From Microthyrium microscopicum (taxonomy: Eukaryota), in NCBI GenBank assembly GCA_010405405.1, contig MU004230.1:220627-284626 (forward strand): a stretch of 64,000 bases of DNA, in the 5' to 3' direction. Positions 1-13,146 of this stretch are shown one piece after another. The translations under genes and the position numbers were made by a program. Numbering within the stretch: position 1 is the first letter of the stretch; the number at the start of each line of letters is the position of its first letter. Under the pieces are notes generated by a model. That model saw only the letters and a program-made list of their open reading frames with translations, was not told the DNA's origin and did not search any database.

Positions 1-558
1 CCAGATGGCGCAAACATGGCTGTCGACAATCAAAACCGGCTATTGTACATCTTCTGCGTCGTACAACACCGGCTCAATAGACAGCCATATAGTCAAACCG
101 CTGCCTTCCTTCGAGGCCTCTCATCCATGATCAAACCATCATGGCTAAACATGTTCAATCAGTCCGAACTCCAAACCCTCGTAGGAGGAACAAGCTCAGA
201 AATCGACGTCGCAGACCTACGACGAAACACTCTCTACGGAGGGGTATACGTTATTGGTGATGACGGCCTCGAGCACCCTACGATACAGTACTTCTGGCAA
301 GTCATGGAAGAAATGTCTGATGAGGAACGACGAGCAGTACTCAAGTTCGTCACAAGTACACCGCGCGCTCCATTACTCGGTTTTGGCAGCCTAATGCCTC
401 GGTTCAGTATTAGAGATTCTAGTAGTGATCAAACTCGGCTGCCCAGTACAAGTACTTGTGTAAACCTGCTCAAGTTACCAATGTACAAAACCAAAGCTGT
501 GTTGAAAGAGAAGCTGCTGCTGTCAGTATTTTCTGGTGCAGGCTTTGATTTATCATAA
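1..558 (+). CDS. HECT E3 ubiquitin ligase, C-terminal part (UBE3B/C, Hul5-like); 5' end outside window
   Basis: HECT C-lobe motifs: LKFVTSTPRAPLLGF, RLPSTSTCVNLLKLP (catalytic Cys), terminal GAGFDLS*. Confidence 0.92.
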   Translation, partial: PDGANMAVDNQNRLLYIFCVVQHRLNRQPYSQTAAFLRGLSSMIKPSWLNMFNQSELQTLVGGTSSEIDVADLRRNTLYGGVYVIGDDGLEHPTIQYFWQVMEEMSDEERRAVLKFVTSTPRAPLLGFGSLMPRFSIRDSSSDQTRLPSTSTCVNLLKLPMYKTKAVLKEKLLLSVFSGAGFDLS

Positions 559-707
559 TCAAGTTCGGATTCAGCATTCACTTTTACCTCGAGCGTTTTG
601 TTTGCATACAGCGGTGGAATTTGTATTCTAGTTGCTCGTTCTAGCCAATTAATGACACAGAATTATAGACTATCATGATTTGATGAACCATCATTCGCCT
701 TTAATAC

Positions 708-1626
708 TCATTTCCCTCTATGTAGCTTGAATGCTTCTTGTACTGTCATGCCTCCTTCAACGTCTTTGATGACCTTCTCGTCTGCGCCTACGAGCTTGGG
801 AAGTAATTCCAGTACTTTGTCCAATAATTTAAGAGGTATACAAACTGCGCCCCTCTCAACTGGGTCGATCATCACGATATCCCCCTACTCAGCATTAGTT
901 ACCCATTGCATCCCACTTGACTCGAAACAGCTTACCGGACACACTTCTGTGTTATCTATTTGTATTGGCACGTCCGTCGCCCATGCCTGTAGCAGTCAGA
1001 AAAGTAAATCCATGACACTCAATGGAAGCCATCAATCGCCAAGGAAGCCATCAAATACTCCCAGGAAATCATACCTTCGCCTCACCCCCCGACCCAACAA
1101 TCGACGTCCCCTTCGACCAAACCTACTACTATCAGCTTTTCCTCCCTTCTCCTCACCATAATATGTAGCTTACCGGCACACTCAACCCCCTCATAACCTC
1201 CAAATCCCTCACCCTCCCATCAACCACAACCCCCCTCGCCCCCAACCTAACCATCCGTTCCGCCATAATCCCCCCGACCACCGCAACCTTCTGCCCCCTC
1301 GGCTGGCTAATCACCATAATCTTGCCCTCCCTCGCAAGGTCCGCATACGGCACGCCGGCGGGCACATTCGGCAATGGTTGCGCCAAAGTTGTGCTAATAA
1401 GACCCAGCGCGCCACCTAATGCGCCTTCGCTAGGCGCTGGGAAGGAGGTGGTGGAGTGTGAGACGAAGAGGACGGTGGATGCGGGCGCGATGATTTTGGA
1501 AGTGGTGGGGGAGATTGGAGAGATGTCTGCGAGGAAGCCGGCGCCGGGGACGTCGAGTTTTAGGAGGGCGTCGGCGATGTCGGGGGCGGCGTAGGTGGAG
1601 AGGGTGGTTAGTTGGGCTGTTGACAT
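708..1626 (-). CDS. RraA-like / HMG-CHA aldolase family protein, 4 exons
   Basis: DIADAL, AVVGGIMA, GVVVDGRVRD motifs. GT-AG introns (first donor at 1173) extend it through VWSKGTSIVGSG / AWATDVPI / GDIVMIDP to EAFKLHRGK*, with the stop at 708-710. Confidence 0.88.
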
Positions 1627-2670
1627 TTTGCTGGTTGGGTTAGTTGAAACTTGAGGGTCGTGGTGGTGGGAGAGGAAAGGTACCGGGAGGTTAGAGGAGA
1701 TGTATGACGGTTAATTGTGCGGGGAATTGAGGCGCGTGTTGAGAAAATTATTGATGAGGCTATGCGTGGCTCTAGCCTAAAGATGCTCATGTTCTATCTT
1801 AAAAGTCAAGGGAGGAGCTCTATAGCTCTATCGCGAAGTAATGTTGTAGTGATGTCGTCTGATTGACCCGAGGTCGGGTGGTGACAGGGATTATGCCACT
1901 TGTTCAGCCTTATCCTCAGCCTTATCAACGTCAGCGACTCCAGATGTTATCATTACTATGTGAATAAAACGAGTATTCAACAATTAGATAATAAACTGAT
2001 CTCAAGAATTATAATTAAGACAACACGATCTTGCTTCAAGTTATTTCAAGAGAGCTCGTCAACAAGTATAAACGGTTACTTGACAGAGCCCAGCCTTGCT
2101 TTAATGCTGTATTATCAAAATCAAACATGTTTGAACCGCACTCTGCCGTCTTGATTGTGAAAAATACGTACTTGATACTGGCAACAGTTTTCATGAGAGA
2201 AAATGGCAGATTCAGACGGAACCTTGGAATAACATGGCATGTTTGAGTGAGAGTGACTTTACCAGAGTTCTACGCAAGGCGTTTTCATCCAAAAAGAGAT
2301 GATAATTCGAACCGCTTCACAACATCTGAAATCACTATACCCTAAAATAAAGACCATGTTTAGACCTCAGCTTTCAGAATCATACCTTGATTCCTTCGAT
2401 ATCACTTTACTAAATGACGATGTTGTAAATATGTACCTCATTATCGAATCTCTTTAAGACTTTGCTCTCATCCTTACGTTCTTTTCTCGCTGTTTCAATA
2501 GAAAAATAAGCGGTAGATATGAATAGATTTATCATTGTCAATATGGATACATGCCTGCATTCAAGTAAAGCTGAAGAGATTATATGCAAGGTATACACAA
2601 AGCAAGAGCTTAAGAGCGTTGCCATCCAATTCCGTGGAAAATAGGATACCTGACAGGAGTATTCTACGAC

Positions 2671-2710
2671 TTCTGGATCAAAAAATCTAAATCTGGATCA
2701 AAAAATCTAA
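2671..2710. repeat. 20-bp tandem duplication
   Basis: (t/a)tctggatcaaaaaatctaa occurs twice in tandem. Confidence 0.9.
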
Positions 2711-5623
2711 GGTTCTTGAACTATAGACCTCGAAATATAAAGACGCCCTACAAACTCCATTAACAGCCCAATAATAGATCAGCACTGCATTGTACATACA
2801 ATATCTAGTAATTACAAATTTACAAATTTTCAGCACCGGCGCACTCCGCCACTCGAAGGATTCAATATCACTCCCCATATACCTTATACATCTCTTACAT
2901 ATCTGCAAATTGATAAGCCCATCTTCCCTCTTTTCTTTCCAGACAGCACGTCAACATGCCAGTCAAGTCCACCGCGCATACAATTCCGCGTTGCTTAACA
3001 ACATGTTCCTGGCGGGCAAAAGGGCGGGGTGCCTGACCGGTTTTTTATTAGTAGAGCGAATACATGGCTGGAACTGGTAAATGTTGGACATGCACTCGCC
3101 ACATTTATAGCTCAGGGATTTGTAGTTCAGGTCCTCCCTGTAGTGTCCACATGTGGTATACATCTGTGGTGTACAGTTGCTCGGTATAGGCAAACAAACT
3201 CCTGCAGTGGTTTGATGTAAGGTGGTCGTAAGGCACCTGAGTTAAGGAATTGTACTGAGAAAATGTCACACGAAACGGGAATGTTGTAGCTATGCGATGT
3301 TGGAAATCGATCGCGGTAGCTGCCTCTCGAGTGCACGAAATATTGGATAATCTTGAGATATGCAGATACAGGGTAATTGGCAGGCAAGACCACAGGGCTG
3401 ACACTGAAATGGATTTTGCTGGCATTGCATCAATCCTGCCTTGCTTGCCACCATCTCCGCATTCATCACGAAAGGCCCGACGAACTTATCTGGTAGCACC
3501 TGTTCAATCACCGCGGGCTCTGCACTTCTACCTTAGGCATTCTGAAGCGATCAAGATATGACAATTTGAGCAATAGCTGAATGATGAGATTTTATGCACG
3601 ATGAGTCGGATGAAACGATGACACAGGATAGATGTAATGTAGCAAGATTTGTCCTCGTTTCTGAGCGACAGCTTGAACACTGCAAGATTGAAAATGTGGG
3701 ACTACAAGTTCATGTGGTGGAATGGTCAGGCTTGGTTCCTCAGGTAAGCTAGCCACCTGGGATAAGCGACACTGTGTCGATGGAATTCAGGACAGATGGG
3801 CTCGGTACCAATGAATTGATGGTGATACAACGTGGGCAATATGAAGGGTACCGAGTGGATTTATGTCGACCGTTTGCTTGTGGAACAGGTTCAAGGGACA
3901 TTATGGCAATTAGACTGAATAGTTAGGAGAGACAAAGAGTCAGTGACTATAGACAAAACAAATAAATAGCACTGTCTATAGGTGTATAGTGATTAATAGT
4001 AGGCAAATAGTTGTAAGGTGGTGGTTTGGCTTGGAGGGAGGCATATTTTACCCCACGTGTCACATCGGAGGCGGACTTTGGGTGGAAGTGGGCTGGCCAA
4101 TTAGAGGCAAGAACGGGTAAATCGTTGCGGCAGGCGCCGCTGGATCCCGTCAGATTGGACCAGCCTCCAACTTGGCATGGACTTGCCTTTTTAGGATGGT
4201 TGGAGGTGGGATCCCGAGAATTAGCTGATGCGCATAGATTGAAACCACACGGCTCATAAGAAGAAACGAAATGAAGAGAAAAATTCAATGGCATGAGAGT
4301 ATTAAATCCATAGTGAAAAAATGGCGTGCGAGAGAAATATAAAGTATATCTTTGGCTGAAGGCTACTAGTGTGGGAGATATGTACTTGATCAAGGTTGTT
4401 CGATTGATAGAGAATAAATGGTGGAGATATTGAAAGCGCCCGCTTGGGCAAGTGCGTTGAATGTGACAGCTGTCTTACAATCATACAACCAACTGATCTC
4501 TTGCAATGAAGCATGACAACAATGTAAATAAAATAATTAGACTCTGTAGAGAGCAGTGGAAAGACGGACATGAACTCTGAATGGTGCATTAGGCGTGCTG
4601 TTGCATGTTGCGGTCACAGGGATTGCTTGTCCAACCCTCTCACCGCTTCTTCTTCAACCTTGGCTGCATCAAATTCCATGCCAGTCCTGCCAGTCCTGCC
4701 AGTCCATGCCCATCCAGTCCCCCTCCAACATCCCCAGCCAGTCGTCCATCTTCGGCTGTCTGATCCCGCTTCCTGGTCTCTCACTAACCGCTCCAAAATG
4801 CAACCAGTCCACCAACTTGTGCCAGCCGTCCAAAGCAGGTCCTGAGAGCGTAAAGCAGCGCGAGTCTATGCCAGAAGAGTGCAAAGAGCCAGGTTCCGGC
4901 CAGCCAAACACGCACCGTGGCCCTGATACGAGTCTGGATCTTGCTTGAACTGCTTGAACTTGCCAGTTTTTGCCTATCTCGCCCGCCTTGCTGAACTTGT
5001 GGGGCACACGCTGGGGAAGGCCATAGACTGTAGTAAGCCTGTGGTAGTAGTAAGGAATAGTGAGGGAGAAACCGCTCGTAGGCTCGTCACTCAATGCACC
5101 ACCACCAGCTGTACCGTACCATTAGACACGCAACAGTTGACAGGCATACACTACTACCACTCTGTGCCCGCCAGTTTCTAATCTCTTTCTCTCTTCTTCC
5201 TTCTCCGGCTATTCTGATTACATCTCAACTTCGGATTGTGCCCGCAACTGCCCTCGCAAAATCTGTCAGCACTGGCCTTTTTTCATTTGGGTTATCAGGA
5301 ACAGCTTGACCAGGGAATTTAACGGCCTTGGAGATCTACGGAATCCACGGTGGGCCCTGAGAATACATAATCTGGCACTGAGCCATTCAAAGTGTTAGTT
5401 GTCGGTGTGCAAATACTGGCCAGCCCCGCCTAAGCGTCTATCACTCCAACTCCCGTGCGCTTCGACCCGCACAGCCCCGACCTTCTCCTCTCCTCTCCTC
5501 AGCCAGATCCTCCACTGTCATCCAACTGTTGTGCTTCTCACGCGCTGGACGCACTGCCGGCCGGCTCTGACGCGATAATCTCTGACCGCTTTCCATTTAT
5601 CTCTCATCCGCCGACCGCCCATT

Positions 5624-8270
5624 ATGGATGACAACCTCCAGTTCCCGCACGGGCAAGACAATCAACTCCAACCCTCCAACTCCTACCAATCCGCCTCGAG
5701 TCAACAACAATTTGCCTTTTCCCACTCCACCTGGCCGCTCCTCAACAACCAGTATACCATGTCAGATCAAAATGTCGTGTCCGGAAATGAGCAAAACATT
5801 TGCTCAACAACCTCTGGATCTCTAGATCTCAAGCCATCAATTGCCTCACCTCTACCACCACAACTCCATTCTCCAATGTTTCAAATCGAGCAACCTTCAA
5901 TGCAATCAAATCAGGCCAATTCCTCGAACTCTCTGGGCATAACTCCTTCAATGGCCAACTCAATGTCTCCTTTGCATTTGGCGGAAATGGTTCATGGCTC
6001 ACTTGGGTCAGCAAGCTTGCAAATACGTACATCCATGGCCTCTCAACCGGACCCTACTTTACAACAAGCTATTAACGCTTCCGCAACAATGCTGCAATCG
6101 TCACCGCTGTATTCCTCCAACCACAACCTCGGCCAACTCAATTACAGTGATTCAGAGTCTCTCGGTTATTCAAGTGCCTTTGATATGCCTCTCCATGCAT
6201 CCCCCACTGACGACTTTATTGCAACATCTCAAGCACAAATGCATTCTGGACTCGACCTACTACCAATGGACGCCATGACTACCCTCGGCCCCATGGCTAG
6301 CTCCTCTTCCGCCTTTGTTTATCAAGACATGACCCAAATGCTTGGTCCAGATTGGCAAGTGTTGAGCGGTATGACTTCTGCCCCTTATGCCGACCCCGCT
6401 CTGGCGCATAGCTCCCCAGATCATCATCATATGGGGCCACGTTCCTATTCCAGCGTTAGTGATCATGGAAGCTGGACCATGGTGGAGCATTCCCAAGGAC
6501 GCCAGTCACTAGATGGGTTTTCGGATTCATCCGCTGGCGTAAGTCCAATCCTACTACATGCTCGCACCGATTCTCAATCGTCACAGCAATCGGACAACCC
6601 CCCTCTCTCCGCCCATTCGCGAAGCTCATTTGACGAGCTCTTTGCTATCTCCCCGGAACCGGAAGCTCGCAATGATCAGTCAAATACCCATGGGTACTCG
6701 CAACAAAGTCTACGGGAATACCCTTTCGCTTCAAATCACGAATTCGATCAACCTTTGCCTAGCCCACCTCTTCCAAGTCCCTACGCCGCTGTCAGTGGTG
6801 CTCGACCAATTCCAATTTCTGCCGCACATTCTCCCTCCTCATCTTCATCAAGTACTTCCGCTAGCTCTTCTCCCAAAGGAAACCGGAGAACCAGCCCGTC
6901 TGGTGTTGTTGCCAGTAAGGTGACCAAGAAAAAGTCTCCAATGGCTTCATCCAGCCGTGACAAGCCAGAAAAGCGAATCGGTCGCCGTCGCGGACCATTG
7001 AGACCTGAGCAGAGAGAACAGGCTCACGAAATCCGTAAGCTCAGAGCTTGCCTGCGATGCAAATTCTTGAAAAAGGTCTGTGACAAGGGTAATCCCTGTG
7101 GTGGATGTCAACCTGCCCATGCTCGTCTATGGCAAGTTCCTTGTACAAGAATTGACATTAAGGATGTCGGATATTTCCTCAAGGACTGGAATGCTGACTA
7201 TGAACGCCATATCACCCTCGGATTCTCGATTGCCAACATCAAAGGATTCGATACCAGAGAACGTCTTCTCTACGTTACCCACGGCTATGGATTTGTCATG
7301 CCAATTTGGTCGAGAGAAGTCTTCGTTCGTGATGACAACTGCCTTGGATTAGACTGGACGGAACAAAAGGACAACGTGGAGCGCGAATTTGAAGTACAAA
7401 CTGCCAAGCTTTCAGTTGGACGCGAAGGCATTGACAAGAAGATTGTATCGGACTATGTGGATCTCCACCTCAACTCTGGGTTCGATCATTTCGTGAACGA
7501 ATACTTTGATGGCACTCCATTCGTCTCTGAATTATTGAAGTCAATTAACCGCCACTATCTTGCAACTAAGCAAGAGAATCTTCGAAAAGGTCTTCGCCTT
7601 GTCATCGCCTATGCTCTTACTCTCCACATTACAATGGTTCAGGGTCTTACAGAAGAGGAAGCAACAGTTGGAAAAATCGAAGACCCATCAAGCCGCTATT
7701 TCGGCGAGACTTGTGCTCCTGTTATGATCAACTTTGAAGTCAAGAAGGCCATGGCCGATTTGTGGCGTAAATTGATGAGTGAATGCCTTGCGGAGCTATC
7801 CACACTCTACTCTTCAGTCTACGCTGGCGGCAAGCAGAAGAATTGGCCAACCATTTTTATGCTTGCTGCTCTCGTGCTCTCGGTTTGGGAGATGATGCAG
7901 TTTGACAGCCATTATCGTCAACCAGAAGAAGGTACGGTCTCCAAATTCTGTAGCGAGATGGAACATGTTCCAGTTGGTGTTCTCGTTGGACTTTTTGGTG
8001 CCATCTCTACCAAGCTCCCAGGATTCCAAGAATGGGACGCCCGCAAGCACGGCAACGTTTTCAACAACAACCAAGCTGTATGCGACACAATGACTGAAGT
8101 GCGCGGTCATATTGAAAAGCATGGTAAGTCCTATCAAATTGAAATACACGAAGCTCAACTAACTCCTTCTAGACGCGTATTTGAGAACACGACAAGATTC
8201 CAAGTTTTGCCGTGATGATTTCGACTGCTTGTCCAACAAGTTTTTGAGCAAACTAGTCATTCGCGCGTAA
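5624..8270 (+). CDS. Zn(II)2Cys6 transcription factor
   Basis: ACLRCKFLKKVCDKGNPCGGCQPAHARLWQVPC cluster after a basic NLS-like RRRGPLRPEQR. S/Q-rich N-terminus. Intron 8124-8172 (gtaagt...ctaac...tag) gives the last exon ...LSNKFLSKLVIRA*. Confidence 0.92.
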
Positions 8271-9129
8271 GAAGCTTGAGTCTTTGAATTGTCGTTCTTG
8301 TGATACCCAAATGTCGACCTGGAGAAATACTGTTTTGATTTATATTTGCGAAATTTATGACGAAATCTTACGACCATTTGAAATTTGATCCACGAGGATA
8401 GCGATTTACGACAAAACGTTACAGCATTTGATCGCGTTGCATTTTTCGACCCGCCACCTCCTCACCATCCATATGTCACTTCTACAACAATCTCTTCCAC
8501 ATCTACATATTCACAACGTCTTACCGACATCTTATTTCCTTCCACGCTGTTGTTTTGTCTTTGGCTAAAAGCACCACCTTCTTATGAGAACCTCTTGGGC
8601 AGCGATTTGTAACCTGCATAGCATGGGATGGGGAGGAATAAACGCCTTACTGAGCTATTCAACGCCCAGCGAAGCAATATGTATCGGATGAAGCAGCCAC
8701 CCTTTTCCTTCTGTCTTATTCAGCGTTGCTGAGAACATTCTGTCGATGCCCATTTTCGTCATAGACGCTGTCGGGGAAGAAAAGTTGGCCTTTATTTGGC
8801 TATCCTAAAACTCTCATGATTACGACGACTGTCCACGGCCCTTTGATGTTATAGTAGCATCCTTTTACCATGTCACGATGCCACGTTTGCATAGAGCAAC
8901 AGATGGGATTTGGTGTGCATGTATTCTTTTCTTATCCTAGAAGCTATCAAGCTGACTTTAACTTGGCAGAGATAAACCTCTGTTAGAACAATCAATATAC
9001 TTCAACCATCTCTAGTGTTCTTATTATACAATAGTTCTCCTCAACTACACCGTCTCCCATCGCGTATAATAGGCGTCCTCTTACAACATAAGGCATTTCA
9101 TTACCAAACACTTCCGACCCATAATCCTC

Positions 9130-9764
9130 CTACTCCCACATCCCACACGCCTCATCATTCATTTCTCCCCCCCAATGCCAACTCCTCTTCCCCGGCTCCA
9201 ACTTCCCACCCACCAACACCCTCTCCACATCCGGCGCATACGCATACCTCGTCCCGTTCGCCTTCCGCCAATACTCCCTCTTAACCTCCTTCACATCCTC
9301 CATCCGATCTTTCCAACTCGCCGGAAATAACATCATATGCAGTCCCCTCTGACACTCCCCATCAAGTCTCTGACTACTGTACACCGGCATCGGCTCCTTC
9401 AAATCCGTAATTACCGCATGAAAAGACGGCCGCTGATGGGCACACAGTCCATAACTTCAAGGGCTTGGATGGTGTGCAGGCTTCGTATTTACCGTTGGCG
9501 GACCCGGTGGGGAGACGAGGGAGACGAGGGAGTGGTTGCTGTCCATGAATGTGAATTTTATGGGGGTGGTTGGTTTGGCGGGCTTTCGGGCTGGGTGGTG
9601 CGTTGGAGGGGTGGGGAGAGGGTGGTGGTGATGGGTTTGGAGGGAGAGATGTTGTTGGGCGTGTAGGGGGCTTTTGGGGTAGGTGTGAGGGTCGTGTTGG
9701 TTGATTGTGGGTTGGCGGAGGATATGAAGAGGGCGGTGAGGATGGATATGGCTTGAAGGTACAT
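9130..9764 (-). pseudogene. Possible disrupted secreted-protein gene
   Basis: Signal-peptide-like start MYLQAISILTALFISSA. The protein-like downstream frame (...KFTFMDSNHSLV...HHPSP*SYGLCAHQRPSF...EACGMWE*) needs one frameshift and read-through of one TGA. Confidence 0.4.
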
Positions 9765-10488
9765 TTTGGTGGTGATATATGCTTTGTTTGGTAGGTGGTG
9801 GGCTTGGCGAGTTGAATCATGTTGCTAGATGTGATATTTGTTGGGAAGCATTATGTGAAGGAATATACAGAGAGCTGGATGGTTTCTATATCTTCTGAAA
9901 AGCATGTTGCGATCGTGAATGATATCTTGGTATTGGCGAGGCGTTGAATCGTGGTTCTTAGTCTTGGAGCATGGCTAACTTGGATGCTCTATAGCATCCA
10001 ATATTGGCATTCATCTTACATATAAAGACTGCACGAAGGTAGTCTACCAGGCTTGATCTAACCTGGATATGGTCTTTGCGACTCTTTAAGGCTTGAAAAG
10101 AATTTCATGCATTTCTAAGGTAGGGAAGATAGGGTCCAAGGCTATAGTAAACCTTCTTGGCTTGGTGTGAAGTTGCTTCCCAGTGCCGTTGATTGTAACA
10201 TTTCCTGTGCGAATTCAAGCTCATGCTTGTAAAACTTATACTGATGGTCGTGATCCTCTTCAACTAGAAGCTCCTTTCTTGGGCTCAGTCGCAGTCGAGG
10301 GCACTTATTTCGAATTTCGAAATGGACCATGATGCGGCGGCCCGTTTGTATTGACTTGTTGTGATATAACTACTTCCTAGGTAGGTAGGAGGCCTTATTG
10401 GCCTTCTAGAGATAGATATTTGTAATCATAGTCAAGAACCACGTCTTTTGGCGAGATAGTCCTAGGCGTCCAAGCGTAACCATTGTCG

Positions 10489-12578
10489 TTAAGGTGATTC
10501 CTGGCTGTAAGTTAGATTGATATCGGGATCATATTGCAACTCGTACCATAAGTTTTGACACCCACTAGTTGTCGTAAACTGAAATGTTATATCGCCCATA
10601 TGTTCATTTATCAAGGATATCTGATTGTCTAACGGTCTGTTAGCGACAGCCTCCAATTCTGCTATAACAGAATGGATCTGAGAAGCGACCTACCGTGCAC
10701 TCTTTCGTAATTGTGACAGTCGTCAAGATTGACGTCCACGATTGTTTTGTTAGCTTCGTCTTCTGACTGGACCGAAAGCCAATTCCCTGGTGTTTTTGTC
10801 GAGTTTTGCGATTGTTGAGAATCTGTCACTGTTGATAAAGGGTCGACCTCTAGAGGCTCGGAAACTTCACTGTCCATTTCATCATGAGACCTAGCTGACG
10901 GGCTAGCTCCAGTACTACTGGACGGGGACATTCTTGCAATAGAAAATGGAGATCTGTCACCGGAAGCACTTCCTGAAGCCTGGACGATGGTGATTTCATC
11001 TTGTTCGGCTCGAGCCATCAACAGCCGTCTCTTTTCCTGTTGCTCTAAGAGCATCAACTGCATTTGATAATCCTGAAGAACATGTTTCTCATTGGTCGGC
11101 TAAACGAAGGCATAGATCAGTCTCAGGGTATAAGCAAGACACTTATAATTTGAAGCAACTCGGATGACTAACCTGTGGGGGAATGCGACGGGTTGCATAG
11201 AATCCCGTTCCAAGGTCGAGTGTATCATTCTCTTTCCATTGGAGGACCGTTAGTCTGTGATCAGCATCGCGTTGATAATCACTTTTAGCATCAGCAGACG
11301 AAATAACACGGATCCGTCGGAATTTTCGCAGATTCGCGAGGTTATTGTCAATACCATCTTCTCGTTTTCGTTTGAGCGGCCTTTTCGGCCCAATGAATCG
11401 CTTTTCGCTTGACCTTTTGAAAGCGAATACAGCTCTGCTGTTTGTCACCGATGTTGTCTTATTCAATGTGTCTTGAATACGTCGAAAGATTCCACCACAA
11501 GATACACTGTGACGTACGTTAATGAGCAAAGGCACTGTGAAGAAAGCCGGCGAGTGGAACTCGTGACTCACCATTCTATTTCTTCATCTGGGCTTCCCTT
11601 GTTGACTGCACCACATCTTGGGCATCCTGTTGTTTGTACTGATTGCTGCTTGAATACCATACTCATAGCAACCTTCTGACCAGGCCGAAAGCAATTCTCC
11701 CAAGGCTCATCAAGGTCAATTTCTAGCCGAGTGGCAGACTCTTCAAGAATAAAGGATCTGTCATCTATCATATTCGGTCCGCAGCCTGTTCCTTTGACAT
11801 TGTCCTTCAATACTGCTAGTAAAGCATCTGAGGACCTTATGAACTCTAAATGAAAAGGCATGAGTCGATTCAGAGCATCCACTAAATACACTGGCTGTTG
11901 TCGCTGAACCTGTCCGGGCATCTGTCGGATGAATATCTGTATGTCGTGCACGATTTGGAACACTCGCAGGTTAGTCTGAATGGTTTGGGCGCTTAATTCG
12001 AGCAACATCTTCCCCTGTTGAACACTTTGTCCAACGCTGTTAGCAATTGCGCTTAACTTGCCCATCGCTTGGTTGGAAAAGTCTTGCATCCTGCTAGCTA
12101 GAGTCTTGTGGCGTGACTCTTGCTTGCGAGCTTCTATCTTTGTGGTGTTCATCTCTATGGTCAAGAGCAATATCTCAATACTGCTCGTATGGCCCCTAAG
12201 CTCAGCCCGAAAGTCCTCCAGCTCCTCCTTCTTGCACAATGCCCACTTGATCTTCACCCAGCCATCCTTGACTTTTGAGGCTGTTCCCCTTTTTTGTAGA
12301 TGTGGTTGGTATTTCTGTAGGCCTTGATAGAATGCAGTGATGGTCCGTTGGCACTGTGAAGCGGCCTGTCGCAGCGCCACCATCTCTACATTATATGCTT
12401 CATCTGGTTCGAGGCGTTTGACGTGTATGAGTGCAGTTTCGAGGGAGTAAAGCTCGTTGATTAGGGACCTGAAGGAAGCCCCAGAATTGGACGTTTCGCG
12501 AAGTGCGTCTATCACAGTGCCCACCAAGTCGATCGCGGCAAGGAAATCGCCAACGGAGAAGCCGAATCCGACAGACAT
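10489..12578 (-). CDS. Multidomain protein (~628 aa): fungal STAND-type N-terminal helical domain (HeLo-like/SesA-like), ubiquitin-like domain, Zn ribbon, EVH1-like (PP4R3-type) domain with a Som1-like insert
   Basis: Exons 12578-11572, 11506-11173, 11099-10694, 10628-10489 join in frame (1887 nt) through GT-AG introns. Motifs: MSVGFGFSVGDF; QQPVYLVDALNRLMPFHLEF...FRPGQKVAMSMVF; CPRC...CVSC; LQDYQMQLMLLEQQEKRRLLMAR. Confidence 0.8.
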
Positions 12579-13146
12579 AGTCAGCTCTAAATGAGCTGGG
12601 AAAAGCTGAACCTAACCAGATCACGGTCGCAAGTCGGGTTGCAACAACCACTTTATGTGAGCAAGATGTAATGCTCCGCCACGATATATGCAGGCCTCGT
12701 CCAGCGACCAATCACTGCCGTTCAGCCTGACAGGTAGATAAAAAGTAGAGACGGGTAAACGATATAGCCAGATAACTCGCTAGCATCTTCTTCTCTGGCA
12801 ACTACCTAGTATTGATCACAATTTGTGCCCAAGTGCTCACAATTTGCGCATCCAAGATCTACGGAATTCTGTTGAACCCACGCACAACTCAATAGGAGAT
12901 GCTTGAGAACATTTATGGCCAGTTTTATTAGTAAGTGATCGTTGTATTATCACTACTAATACAACTACGTGATTCCAACCCATTCAAACGATTCGCCGCC
13001 AAAATGCACAGCAAGGAGAAGCGTTGCTATGATCGTCTTAAGCACCTGCCATAATTCTCTGCCTTTAGTTTTCGACTCTTGCGTGACTGATTCCAAGTTA
13101 CAGTTCACTCTTAAAATTTCCAAGAGAGTATAAAGACTAACTGTGC

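Noticed and set aside
2950..3930. Possible multi-exon or Cys-rich gene on either strand (e.g. MWDYKFMWWNGQAWFLR before a gtaagc donor)
   Set aside because: Could not assemble a consistent spliced frame or recognise a domain
4570..5310. Overlapping short ORFs and ccagtcctg micro-repeats upstream of the Zn2Cys6 gene
   Set aside because: Low-complexity promoter/5' UTR sequence with no coding signature
9981..10000. 8-bp-stem hairpin tggatgct-ctat-agcatcca
   Set aside because: Isolated and short enough to arise by chance; no clear link to the CCATCG family
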